Source: Octopus sinensis (Eukaryota). Taken from it: DNA of 64,000 bases. The stretch is from assembly GCF_006345805.1 (NCBI RefSeq), contig NC_042999.1, positions 153,760,001 to 153,824,000 of the forward strand, written 5' to 3'. Within the stretch, counting starts at the first letter, position 1. Each line of letters starts with the position of its first letter. Under the pieces are notes generated by a model. The model did no database searches, was not told the DNA's origin, and was given only the letters and a program-made list of their open reading frames with translations. The position numbers and the translations under genes are program-made. This document shows, in pieces, positions 51,603 through 64,000 of the stretch.

Positions 51603-53149
51603 GTAATATCATCATCATCATCATTTAACGTCCGCTTTTCATGCTAGCATGGGTTGGACGATTTGACTGAGGTCTGGCGAACCAGATGGCTGCACCAAGA
51701 GTGTAGTGGTTGGCGTAATAATAATAATAATGATAATAATGGTTTCAAATTTTAGCACAAGTCCAGCAAGTTTGGGGGAGAGGCTCAAATTGATAACATC
51801 TACCCCAGTGTTCAACTGGTACTTATTTTTTTGGCCCCCCAAAAGGATGAAAGGTAAAGTACCAATTGAGGACTGGGATCGATGTAAATGACTTACCCAG
51901 TCCCATGAAATTGCTGGCCTTGTGCCAAAATTCGAAATCAGCATTTTTATTATTCTGTAGAAAACATGTGTTATGAAGTTAAACTACAAGGACAGTGCCA
52001 CACACTTTAGTTCCTCAAATGAAAAGAAATGTGGCTTTTTTTTTTTTGCTTAGTGACTGAAAAGTGTATGAAAGGAATAAACATGAGAATAATTTTTATT
52101 AAGATTCCAGCCAAGATGGATAAGAATGGAAAAAAATTTGCACACAAAGCAATGAGTTCCAAAACAACAATAGATGATAAAGATAAGATTTGTTGGCTTT
52201 TTTTTTTACATGGCAGTTGGCTTCTCTGAGAAATTGCAAAACAAAAATTCTTTGAAATCAATATCTGCAAGATTTGGTAAAAAAACCCCCAAAAAAACAA
52301 ACTCTTATTTGGAAAATCTCAGATAAGCATCATCAACATCATTTTAACATCTATTTTTCCTTGTCTTCATGGGTTGGATGGAACCTATTGAGGTAGATTC
52401 TTAACAACCAGATGCCATTCCTGCTGCCAACCCTCACATTTCCAAAATAAGGTAATATTTCCCAATGGTCAGATCTGCTCCAGTAAAATATTAGAAATGA
52501 ATGACACTGCTTGTAGGACAGTGACACTCGTTTACGACCATCATAGAATGGTTGAATGGTTTGAAGAAGTTAGACAAGTCAGAGAACAGAGTTATGCATA
52601 AATGTCTGCTTTGGCACGGTTTCTACAGATGGATACCATTCCTAAAAACCACCGAATTTAGTGCACATGGTGTTTTATTCATGGCACCGGCTCAGTGCTT
52701 GGTGACAAAAGGTAAAAAAAGGGTAGGGTTAAGGATGACCACCTCGTGCTATGGTCATGGAGAAATGTCTAAGGTGGGTCTACCTATTATGGGCTGAACC
52801 ACCAGGTTAAAAAAGTCCTGCTGAGGGTAAGAACTTCTTACATATATGCCAAACACTGTCAATCATCCTCATCATCGGTTAACGTCTGTTTTCCATGTTA
52901 GCATGGGTTGGACGATTCGACCGGGGTCTGGCAAGCCGGGAGGCTGCACCAGTCTGATCTGGCAGTGTTTCTACAGTTGGATGCCCTTCCTAATGCCAAC
53001 CACTCCATGAGTGTAGTGGGTGCTTTTTACATACCACCGGCACAGGGGCCAAAGGAGGCTAGCAAACGGCCTAACAAAATCTCTCTAAAGGAACTCAAGG
53101 ACCAGTTAACAGTGGATTAAGTCTAATTGTTTAAACACTCAGAAATTTA

Positions 53150-53467
<318 letters not shown>

Positions 53468-53579
53468 TTAGCTATCTAGAATTGGCTTGAAGCTATCATA
53501 ATTACATGTAAGACTCAAGACAAAGACATACAACGGTGTGGCTGTGATATGACGAAGAAAAAAGCGATGATGTACTAAC

Positions 53580-53648
53580 CTGTGTTGAGGCAGTTATAGA
53601 CACCACAAATGATGGTACACTTGAGCAGCTTAAGTTAACCAATCGACC
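53580..53648 (-). CDS. AHCYL1: AHCYL1/2 coding exon (69 nt, phase 0 to 0)
   Basis: gtttttattttcag|GGT CGA...ACA CAG|gttagt, translating GRLVNLSCSSVPSFVVSITASTQ. Confidence 0.95.
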
Positions 53649-54129
53649 CTGAAAATAAAAACAGAATATTTAATTGAATATCTGAGGAAAAGATCATGTA
53701 GGCAGTCTCTTATCACTTTGGTACTGCGTGTGTGCATGTATATAGCACTGTTTCTTTGTCAATAAGATCAGAAGAAAAAATCAAATTCAGTGAGAGGTAA
53801 ATGCCATTTAATACAAGATTGCATGTGAGCTACTTCAAGTTTCATGCTTAGATACAGCAGTAATAGGATGGACTTATATTTGAACCTGAATGATTACTCG
53901 ATCTGGTACAATATGCTACACAAGTCCATCTGATTACTGTGCAATTTGTGCATGGGAATTGAAATAGCTACAGTAGAAGACACTAACCAAAGTGCTGTGA
54001 AGTGGGATTGAATCCAAGACTTCATGGTTGGGAAGCAAGCTTATTATCAACCACAGAGCCAAACCTGTGCCTAATTGTCAAAAGAACAAATCTAAATTAT
54101 GAAATAGCACTGAACACTTAAGATAAGGT

Positions 54130-54360
54130 TTAATCACTTAGCATTTAAACCAGCTATATCAGACCCAAATATTCTACCTGTTTTATGTTCAAACTGGCCA
54201 GATATGACCTCTTACACCTAGCCTACAATGTTATTCTAAAAATTAATAACCATATCATTTAAATCTTAAAGCCACAAGACAATGCATGATTAATTTTTTC
54301 CTTAAATGTGAATAAAAATGTATTACATTTTACTAAGTAATCTGAACACTAAGGGGTTAA
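54130..54360. mobile_element. piggyBac-like MITE with TTAA flanks; a similar element lies at about 54514-54765
   Basis: ttaa-tcacttagcatttaaac...taagggg-ttaa; second element ttaa-cccattcatgcc...gcacgaatgcg-ttaa. Confidence 0.5.
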
Positions 54361-57300
54361 TATTGCTAAAGACAATTATTCATATTTGGTCTCAGTTCCA
54401 GATGCACACTGACAGAATTTCATTTCCATGCTAGCATGGTTTAGCTGAATAAATTAGAGAGGCAGTGTTTTACAATAGGAAACTTTTCTTGTCACTAACT
54501 CTCATTTTTTAACCCATTCATGCCGACTGTCTGTTTACACTGACCCTTAATTTATAAGGGTATAAAACAAATACTTGATAAAAATTGTGATTTGTGTTTT
54601 ATCTGTATCAAAGAATGAAACATGTTCTTAACACATATGCACTCTGTATTAAACGGATTCCAATGAAATTCTTTTTTTCAGTTGTTATTTAGGTCAAAAT
54701 ACTAGTATCTGTGAATTTTCAGGCAATTTCATTCACTAGAAAAATTTCAGCACGAATGCGTTAAGTAAGGCATATTTTATTACACACATTTTCAAAGGTC
54801 TGAAGTCAACAGCAACCCCACTGACCATAGCTCAGTGATTTTTAGGGAAACTGCAAATACAGAACACACACAGACACACAATTAGGCTTCTCTCAGTTTC
54901 CATCTCCCAAATCCATCCCACATGGCTTCAGTCAGTACAATCACTTAGGGACATTTCAATAGAAGCAAATTGAAGAAGAATGTTCAATGCTCAATAACCA
55001 AACAGGAGACTATACTTTAATGAATTAAAAATGTAGTCCATTAACTTTTTTTTTTCAAAGAACCATTTAATGTATTTCAAAATAGCAGAACTTAAGTAGA
55101 CTGGCCTTTATTCCATCAAAACTTACACTCAGTATGGCACAATGCCACTTGGCATCAATAACAGGTCATTCTACAGTCCTTAAAGAACTCTGCTGGCAGA
55201 ACACCAAATCAATAATTTACATAATTTTATATAATTCTTCTACATCAAAACACAACTTACTGCATTTTTTTTTCAGATCAAAATTTAAAGAACACCTCCA
55301 ATGAAAAAAAAACAAGAAATTTATTATTTACAACAAGATTTATTTTATTTTGTATGTAAAGAAAACCCCCACAAAATCCTTTATTTCTATGCCAGCTTAC
55401 CATACCATAGTGTTCTGGGAAAGCTTCCTACATGATGCCAAGTGATAAAGGACACTGAATGTTCCAGACCAGGTGAGACAAATCACCCCCAAAGAGAGTA
55501 AGAATGATAGATATTGATATTTTGCTATTCAACACCTCGAAATGGAGTGAATTGCTGATCTGGGATATAGATGCAAATGGTGTGAAGTCTATTGCCACAG
55601 CAGATTCAACAAATAGACTTCACACTATTTGCATCTGTGTCCCGAACTGGCAATTCATTCCATTTCCAGGTGTCAAGCAAATGGTACCAAAGGGCTACAA
55701 TGTTGTAGTGCTAATTACTTAGTAAGTAGAACATGAGACTTAATTTCTGGGTCATAGGTGCAAGCCCAATATTAGACAAATATATACATTTCCAGCAATG
55801 GCTCTGATGAAGGTATCGTTAGTTTTATTCGGTCCTTCAATTTACCTCAATTGATCAATAGACCAACAGTAAACTTATCTACAATGACTGCTGGAAACAG
55901 CTGTAAGCCAAATTTGCTATAATAAAGGAATTATATGTAATGACCATTATTTTAACTTATATATATGTTTACTAAATTATATATGTGTGTGTGTGTGCGT
56001 ATATATATATCAGAGGCGACTCCAGGTCATCAGTGTCACTCAGGCTCATCAGAGACTTTGCATAAGACACATACCTGCTCAAAGAATTTCATGTCTTTCC
56101 GCTATATTTCTAGCCTGAAATGGCTTTTTTTATAACTAGCCATTTATAAGATAAAGGTAAGAATTAAGCAACTCCGCAAAACACAACTGATCTTTACACA
56201 CAAACGCACAGAATAACAACAGGAGTGCACAACAAACATCAGTGATCGGACTCTTGCCTGTATTCTTGACAAGAGTGCCAGTTAGTTTTTTTACACCTAC
56301 CAGGTTCATTCATATAGAGAGAATGTCTGCTACAAATGATATCTTTTGACACAGGGCACATCTAAGACGACTGCCAGATGCTGAATGATAATAAATGAAC
56401 TGCAACCAGGCTCAATAAAGGAGCCCAGGTTATTGGCTGAAATTACATACCTGAAGTCAATATTGGTAGAAATTAAGTCAGCTTGAGTACCGGAGTCACC
56501 ACTGATATATATATATAACTCATAATCCTTCTAATGCCAACTTTTCCATACTCACTTGTTTCCAAGTGAAGGAAAAATTTCCCTGCAACCAAACTTTTTT
56601 TTTTTTTTGCAGAATATTGAATGAAAACGATGCTGTTCACTGTTTCTATGACCCTGACAATCATTTACAACTATCATGTGATATCAAGACAAGAAACAAA
56701 CACTCATACCTATATATATATATATATATATACATACACAATGGGCTTCTTTCAGTTTCTATCTACCAAATCCACTTTCCCAAAGTGCCAAGTAGTGGAA
56801 CTGAACATTGAAGCCATGTAGTTCAGAAGCAACCTTCTCCATAACACAATCACGCTTGCATGTAAATTTATTTATATATACATATATATACACACACACA
56901 CATATATATATATAAATTTACACTGTGTCATTGATGTCATCATGGCTTGTTTGGACTCTGTGTGGAAGATTTTTCTGGTATTCCTTACAGCAGTTTCTCA
57001 ATGCCTTCATCCAGTACTTTCCTGTTACACTTGGTTCCATGTATAAATCCTGTCATCTTTGATTCCTCTTTTGTCATTCTTTCTCAGGTGATCTTCAGAT
57101 GAGCCGACTTCTTTTCCTCGCTGGATTCCAATTCAAGGAATGCCTCACCAAGTATTCCCTTGATCTTCTCAACATATAGTCCACCTATCTTCACTTGTGT
57201 CTTTCTATCAGCTGGCTGATGGATTTCTGCTTGACTCTCTTTTCAGAAGTGTTTGAGGCACAAAATTTCTGGATAGCAAATGTTTAATGTTTCCAAGGTA

Positions 57301-57936
57301 TCTGTTTGGAGCTTTCTGAGGATATTCGTGGATTAAAAGGAAATAATTTCATTAATCCTGGCTTCCATGTTTAAAAATTCAGAACAAGAAAAACAAAAAA
57401 ACTGTACAGTTTTGTTTTTTTAAAAGATGAACATTTTCTCCTTTGATGACTGGAATTACTTTTAAGACTTGTTTCTGAACAGCTTATCAATGAACAAGGA
57501 GAGAATACACCATTTAGTGCTTATTTTATATAAGGAACCATCAACGGTTAAATTGCCATTTCTCTGCCAAGGGATGAGTCATTTACATTATAAAACAAGT
57601 TTCTGAAAAGCGTTACGGCAGTCAGTTACAACCTCAAAACTACAAGGAGATGCAGAAGGCTAAACTGAGAGATGCTTGAGTAAAAAAGACAACGTAATTG
57701 AATAACAGTGGAGAAAATAATTCTCTTAAGATTTCATAATGGACAATTAATAGTGTATAGGTGCAGGCATGGCTGTGTGGTTAAGAAGCTTGCTTTGCAG
57801 CCTCATTGTTTTAGGTTCAGTTCCATTGCATGGCATCTAGAGCAAGTGTTGTTCTATAAGAGCTTCTGACTGACCAATACAATGGGAGTCAATTTCATGG
57901 ACAGAAATGGTGTGAAAGACTGTCATATATATTATA

Positions 57937-58310
57937 CGAGCAAAACGCACCCCCACGTCCAATGGACGGTGCTGAGTTGTCAAATATTTAATCCCAATTT
58001 TTTCAAAACAATTTGTCCGACTGTCCCTTTGAGAAACACTGATTTAACCTAAATTTGAGACACCAGTAAAAGAAGAAATAAGGATAGACTTTTTTTCTAT
58101 TCCAAGAAAAACAATTTTACAAATGCACGTTCCCACAGCTTTATCGATTGCATTCTCACCTGGAATCGATTTTTGTAATTTTTTCAAGACTTATACACGC
58201 CCTGATACTGTCGGTATCTACATATCAAATTTCAGTGCAATCGGATGGAGGATGCCCGAGATCCTAGAAGACACACACACAGACAGACAGACCAGATTTT
58301 ATATAATAGA
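57937..58310 (-). mobile_element. Non-autonomous Helitron, body type 3
   Basis: Minus strand begins A|TCTATTATATAAAATCTGGTCTGTCTGTC and ends with hairpin cgtccattggacg then ...TTGCTCG|T (CTAG variant). Confidence 0.7.
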
Positions 58311-59674
58311 TATATATATATATCTTATACAGGACTCACCATGTCCACCTCCCCACTGCACACAAGGATTCAGAAACTTGTTGATCGAAAAACAACGAAC
58401 ATGAACATCATGCTTTGGCCACCAAATGGTGCCATACTCTCTTTAGCTGCCATCCTAAATGTGGACCATACTCTCAAACCCACAAATGTAAACATATCAC
58501 GTATTTATATGTAGGCAGAATACAAACCACTGCCTGAACCCACCTTCCCTAAAAAACTCATTCTAAGAATGACTATACCCATCGGATAAAATAACCTGAA
58601 TCTTGGAAGGCAACATATGAAATCTATATATGTCTATATATATATTTTTTTCCCTTTTATATACTTTACCATTTCTACAAAGTTGTACTCCTCTCACACT
58701 ATAATGTTTGCTCCTATTCTTCTTATGCCCTCTTCAATAAGAATATACTGTACCTATTGGTAACTGATTCTAATGTATATGTGTGTGTGTGTGTGTGTGG
58801 ATGTGATGACAAGTGACTGAGGTCTTTGGCAATATGCTGTATTTGAGAAGACTCATCAAACCAAGTGAAATCATAGCTGTGGCCGTTGCCGGTGTCATGT
58901 AAATGGCACCTGTGCCAGGTGCCACGTAAAAAGTGTTAAGAAGGGCATCCAGCCATAGGGAACCTTACCAAATCAGAATGGGACTTTGTGCAGCTCTCCG
59001 GCTTACCAGTTCCAGTCAAACTATCTGATCCATGCCAGCATGGAAAGTGGACATTAAATGATGATTATATATACATACACACACATTATATATATAACAC
59101 ACATTATATATATATATATATAATGTGACTATCAGATGTTGCACATCACTGGTTGCAATGCATTTTGCATTGTTCTTACCCTTTGAAATATGCCACTGTG
59201 CTGGCTAGATGAATAGGCCAACATTTCCCCTGGTTGAAAAGGGGAACATAGTGTAAAATTATCCATTTTTTCCTGTCCTTGTTTTTGTATACATTCGCTG
59301 CTTTCTTCCAAGGAATCTAATGCTCTTAGCTTAGTTTTTCCTTGGGGCTGGCCAGATTGGAACAATCTCAAGTATAATCAGCTGAAATTGCGAGAATAAT
59401 CTGGTGCTTGACTGAGGAAAGAAAACTTTGAATGGCCTGTCCTTGTTTTCTTTGTATCGTCTATCTGGATGTTTTGTTGTCCCTTTTTTGTGTCACCTAC
59501 CTGTCCAGATGTTTTGTGTTCATGTCCCATTTTGTTTTATTTTTATATATATATATACTGAGACTTAACCTGACACCCCACGGTTGTGAAGCAAACTTCT
59601 CAACCACACCAGCACACCTGTGCCTATACAAGAAATTTCAGTTAAAGCAACTCAGTGGAGCCAACCATCTCCTA

Positions 59675-59872
<198 letters not shown>

Positions 59873-60099
59873 CTATATTTTTCACTTATTCAACACGCTT
59901 GTCTTCAAGAAGGACATTAACAGGACAATCATGCTTGGACTAAGTTTTATACTATTTTTCTTGTCTAATACAAGATCACCTACTCTAATGCCCCCTCCCC
60001 TCTAAAAAAAGAGATTTTTTTTTAGTCTTGCAAGAACTTGATGAACCTGTCAGTGCAGGTGCCACTTAAAATCACCTGGTCCACACTGTAAAGTGGTTG

Positions 60100-60420
60100 G
60101 AACTTGGAAGGACATCCAGCTGTAAAAACCTTGCCACAACTGACCTCACCTGTGCTTGTGCCATGTAAAAAGCACTAAGTCCACTCTGCTGAGTGGTTCG
60201 TGTTAGGAAGGGCATCCCACTGTAAAAACCTTGCCAAAACAAACCTCACCTGTGCTTGTGCCATGTAAAAAGCACTAAGTCCACTCTGCTGAGTGGTTGG
60301 TGTTAGGAAGTGCATCCAGTCGTAAAAACCTTGCCAAAACTGACCTCGCCTGTGCTTGTGCCATGTAAAAAGCACTAAGTCCACTCTGCTGAGTGGTTGG
60401 TGTTAGGAAGGGCATACAAA
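60100..60420 (+). repeat. 100-bp tandem repeat derived from repeat family D, just over 3 units
   Basis: ggaagg.catcc recurs at about 60106, 60206, 60306 and 60406. Confidence 0.88.
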
Positions 60421-60675
60421 AGTCCTGCCAAAACAGCTACAGAAGTCTGGTGCAGGCTTCTGCTTGGCTGGCTCTTGTCAAACCATCCCACCCTTGCCAG
60501 TATGGAAGGTGAAAGTTAAACAATGATGATAATCGGTTACCAGAGAGAAACCAAGTACCTCTGTTCAATAACAGTTGGTTGATTTATCCAGTCATACTTT
60601 ACATTGTATACATGTGTGTGTATGTACACATATATGTATGCACATATGGTGTGTGTGTATGTATGTGTATATATA

Positions 60676-60708
<33 letters not shown>

Positions 60709-60762
60709 CATACATACACACAAGTCCTCATGTCACATGAACCAGTCCTTAAACCCTTGGCA

Positions 60763-60968
60763 TAGTGATTCTCAACCAGGGTCCATGTAAGATTTTGCTT
60801 TTTTTTCTACAATACATGAAATGTTTTTAACAATTTTTTTAATACAATTCCTAATAATATTTAGTCTTTTAAATACAGTAGGATTTTTTTTATATACATT
60901 GAACAGGGACAAGAGAATGAAGTAAGAACTACAGGGGTTTATAGGCAATAAGTGGTTGAGAAGCACTG
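60763..60968. mobile_element. hAT-like MITE related to 42446-42757
   Basis: Ends tagtgattctcaacc / ggttgagaagcactg; TSD not preserved. Confidence 0.65.
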
Positions 60969-61440
60969 ATTCAGTACTTAAACTGGCCTAAAAGATGCAC
61001 AAGCATATAAGAAGCACCTCAGTCACAGCAGTGCATTTTCAGCAAAAGTGGTTTATGAAAAACAACAGAAGTCCAGATTCGTATATAGGACCTGAGCGAG
61101 TGTTTTGAAATAAATTTTTTTTTTTTAGGAAGACAGTGCATATTATATGCCATTAAATATAAGAATTAAATAGCTTAAAAATATTCATATATCATAATTA
61201 TTCAATTTCTAAAGAAAAACCATTCCTATGAATTCCACAAGAAATACGAACAACTTCTTCAATATAATCTACCTTTGTTGGAAGTTACTGAGATTTTTAC
61301 TCTAAATATCTCCATTGTTTGCTGTTTAGGCTAAATCCTCATAAACAAATAACTAGAAAAAAAAAAATAATAATATAATATATTTATCAGGTTTCAGACA
61401 TGAGCTTCCTTTGACTTTAAAACAAGAATGTAATATACTA

Positions 61441-61599
<159 letters not shown>

Positions 61600-62226
61600 T
61601 CACCGACTAATTTATATATGTGCATGTATGCATGTGTGTATATGCATGCATATATGTATGTGTAGGAATATGAGCATATTTATATTCTTATCTTTTACTT
61701 GTTAGCCATTAGACAGTGGCCATGCTGGAGCAATGCCTTGAAGAAGTTTTAGTCAAATGAATTGTCCTGATACTTGTTCTATTAGTCTCTTTTGCTGAAC
61801 CACTAATTCACGGGGATGTATAATAAACGAACATTGGTTGCCAAGTGGTAGTTGAGGACAAACACAGATGCAAAGACATACAGATATATACATATGACAG
61901 GCTTCTTTCAGTTTCCATCTAAATTCACTCACAAGGCTTTGGTCGACCTAAGTCTATAATAGAAGACACTTAGCCAAGGTGCCACACACTGGGACTGAAC
62001 CCAGAACCATGTGGTTGAACTTCTTACCACACAGGCATGCTTGCATGTAGCTGCTATGTATGTATGTGTATATATGTGTGTGTGTGTGCATATGTGTGTG
62101 TGTGTATCAACCTCTTTCTCATATATATGCTAAAAATGCGAGCATGGAAACTAATTCTTCTGTAACAGGAGAAAGTCAATTGGAGAGATAGCAAATTATT
62201 CAGCAATTAACTCTTTCATTATCATA

Positions 62227-62660
62227 TTTCTGTTGAGATGTTCTGTGTTTGTTTCAATTACTTTAAATATAACAAAGAATTTAGTAGAATCACTTAGCTA
62301 TCATTAAGCTAGTGTTAGGAACATAAATTGTGACTAATGTTTGGTGGAAGATTTCAATTAAGAACTTATGAAAAGAAGACATTTGTACTACAGAGCCAGT
62401 GGCAATTTCTGCCAGGTTGGTATCAAAAAGGTTAAGAATTGTTTCTCTATTATATATTTTAACACTTTTGTTACCATATTTCTGTTGAGATGCTCTGTGT
62501 TTCTTTCAATTAATTTTAAATGTAACAAAGAATTTAGTAAAATCAGTTATCATTAAGCTAGTGTTAGGAACATAAATTGTGACTAAGGTTTGGTAGATGA
62601 TTATTAATTCAAAACTTTTGAAAACAAGACATTTGTACCACAAAGCCAAAGGTGGTTTCG
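62227..62660. repeat. About 252-bp tandem duplication of an AT-rich repeat
   Basis: tttctgttgagatg...cattaagctagtgttaggaacataaattgtgactaa starts at 62227 and 62479. Confidence 0.8.
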
Positions 62661-63438
62661 ACTAGAAACCAAGAGGTAATTCTGCTCAACTAACACACTA
62701 TGAATCTCTTTGTATATGGACAAGTTTGCGTTCACATATATCTATGACATCATCATCGTTTAACGTCCGCTTTCCATGGGTTAGATGATTTGACTGAGGT
62801 CTGGTGAACCAGATGGCTGCACCAGGCTCCAATCCGAACTGGCAGAGTTTCTACAGCTGGATGCCCTTCCCAACTCCAACCACTCCGAGAGTGTAGCGGG
62901 TGCTTTTGCGTGCCACTGGCACAAGGGCCAATCAAGTGGTACTGACAATGGCCACGCTCAGATGGTGCTTTTTATGTGCCACCTGCACAGGAGCCAGTCC
63001 AGCGGCACTGGCAACAACCTCGCTTCGAATGTTTTTCATGTGCCACCAGCACAGGTGCTAGTAAGGTGACGCAGGTAACGATCACACTTAAATGGTGTTT
63101 TTTAACGTGCCATCAGCATGGAGGCCAGCTTGTTGCTCTGGCAACGATCTCACTTGTATGGTACTCTTTAATGTCTATTTTTCCATGCTTGCATGGAATT
63201 TGTTGAAGCAGATTTTCTACACACTGATGCCCTTCCTGTTGCCAACCCCTCATTTCCAAGAAAGGTAACAATGTTTCCCCCATGCAGAGACACATTTTCA
63301 AAGATGATCGGAAACAAAGGACATCATTTGTATAATGGTGATGTGCTTTTACAACCATCACCCAAGGTCCAAAACAAGGAGACGCACAACACACACACCT
63401 ACAAATACTCAAATACATGATCATCATCCTCGTTTGAA

Positions 63439-63812
63439 TACTCTTTTACTTGTTTCAGTCATTTGACTGCGGCCATGCTGGAGCACCGCCTTTTAGTCGA
63501 GCAAATCAACCCCAGGACTTATTCTTTGTAAGCCTAGTACTTATTCTATCGGTCTCTTTTGCCAAACCACTAAGTTACGGGGATGTAAACACACCAGCAT
63601 CGGTTGTCAAGCAATGTTGGGGGGGACTAACACAGACACATACATATATACAACGGGCTTCTTTCAGTTTCTGTCTACCAAATCCACTCACAAGGCTTTG
63701 GTCGGCCCGACGCTATTGTAGAAGACACTTGCCCAAGGTGTCACGCAGTGGGACTGAACCCAGACCCATGTGGTTGGTGAGCAAGCTACTTACCATATAG
63801 CCACTCCTGTGC
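63439..63812 (-). mobile_element. Full-length SINE-B
   Basis: Reverse complement of 49734-50145. Confidence 0.88.
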
Positions 63813-63816
63813 TTGC

Positions 63817-63909
63817 ATGGATCAGAAGGAATTTGTTGTGGCAATTGTCTATGGCCAGCTAGGGCAGCTGGCCATAGACAATTGCCACAACAAATTCCTT
63901 CTGATCCAT
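63817..63909. repeat. Perfect hairpin with 44-bp arms and a 5-nt loop, inside an AHCYL intron
   Basis: atggatcagaaggaatttgttgtggcaattgtctatggccagct agggc agctggccatagacaattgccacaacaaattccttctgatccat; no mismatches. Confidence 0.95.
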
Positions 63910-64000
63910 CTTGTAGTCACCCCTCACTTTCAGAGAGTGATAGATAATAGATAGATAGACATGCACACATACACTGGATTGAACCCAAATCCACATGGAT

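Overview
AT-rich, microsatellite- and repeat-dense eukaryotic DNA. The SINE/LINE families look like those of a coleoid cephalopod, most likely Octopus (inference from recognised repeat families). The one well-supported gene is the 3' half of an AHCYL1/AHCYL2 (IRBIT-type S-adenosylhomocysteine hydrolase-like) gene on the minus strand. It has six coding exons from 61547 down to 37135, all with GT-AG boundaries and compatible phases, encoding [32 protein letters not shown]...[10 protein letters not shown]. Its 5' exons lie beyond the window end. The rest is a mosaic of mobile-element relics: a Chapaev3-type (CMC) transposase, two mariner fragments, R4/Dong-type RLE LINEs, Tx1/L1 LINE 3' ends, an RTE end, non-autonomous Helitrons, hAT/Tigger/piggyBac-like MITEs, Penelope-like foldbacks and several tRNA-head SINE families. 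The most interesting signals are: (1) a SINE carrying a Tx1-like 3' tail that appears to insert at a fixed site (GC^GGTATTT) inside copies of its own family, building one-head, many-body arrays; (2) foldback elements with hammerhead-ribozyme-like cores, one lying downstream of the AHCYL stop codon; (3) a phase-compatible chain of cryptic exons that could give AHCYL an alternative hydrophobic C-terminus; (4) inverted SINE pairs and perfect hairpins around AHCYL exons; (5) a Helitron tandem array carrying a duplicated flank. I found no rRNA, genuine tRNA gene or CRISPR array. Most long ORFs in the supplied track are microsatellite artefacts. All coordinates and alignments were read by eye.
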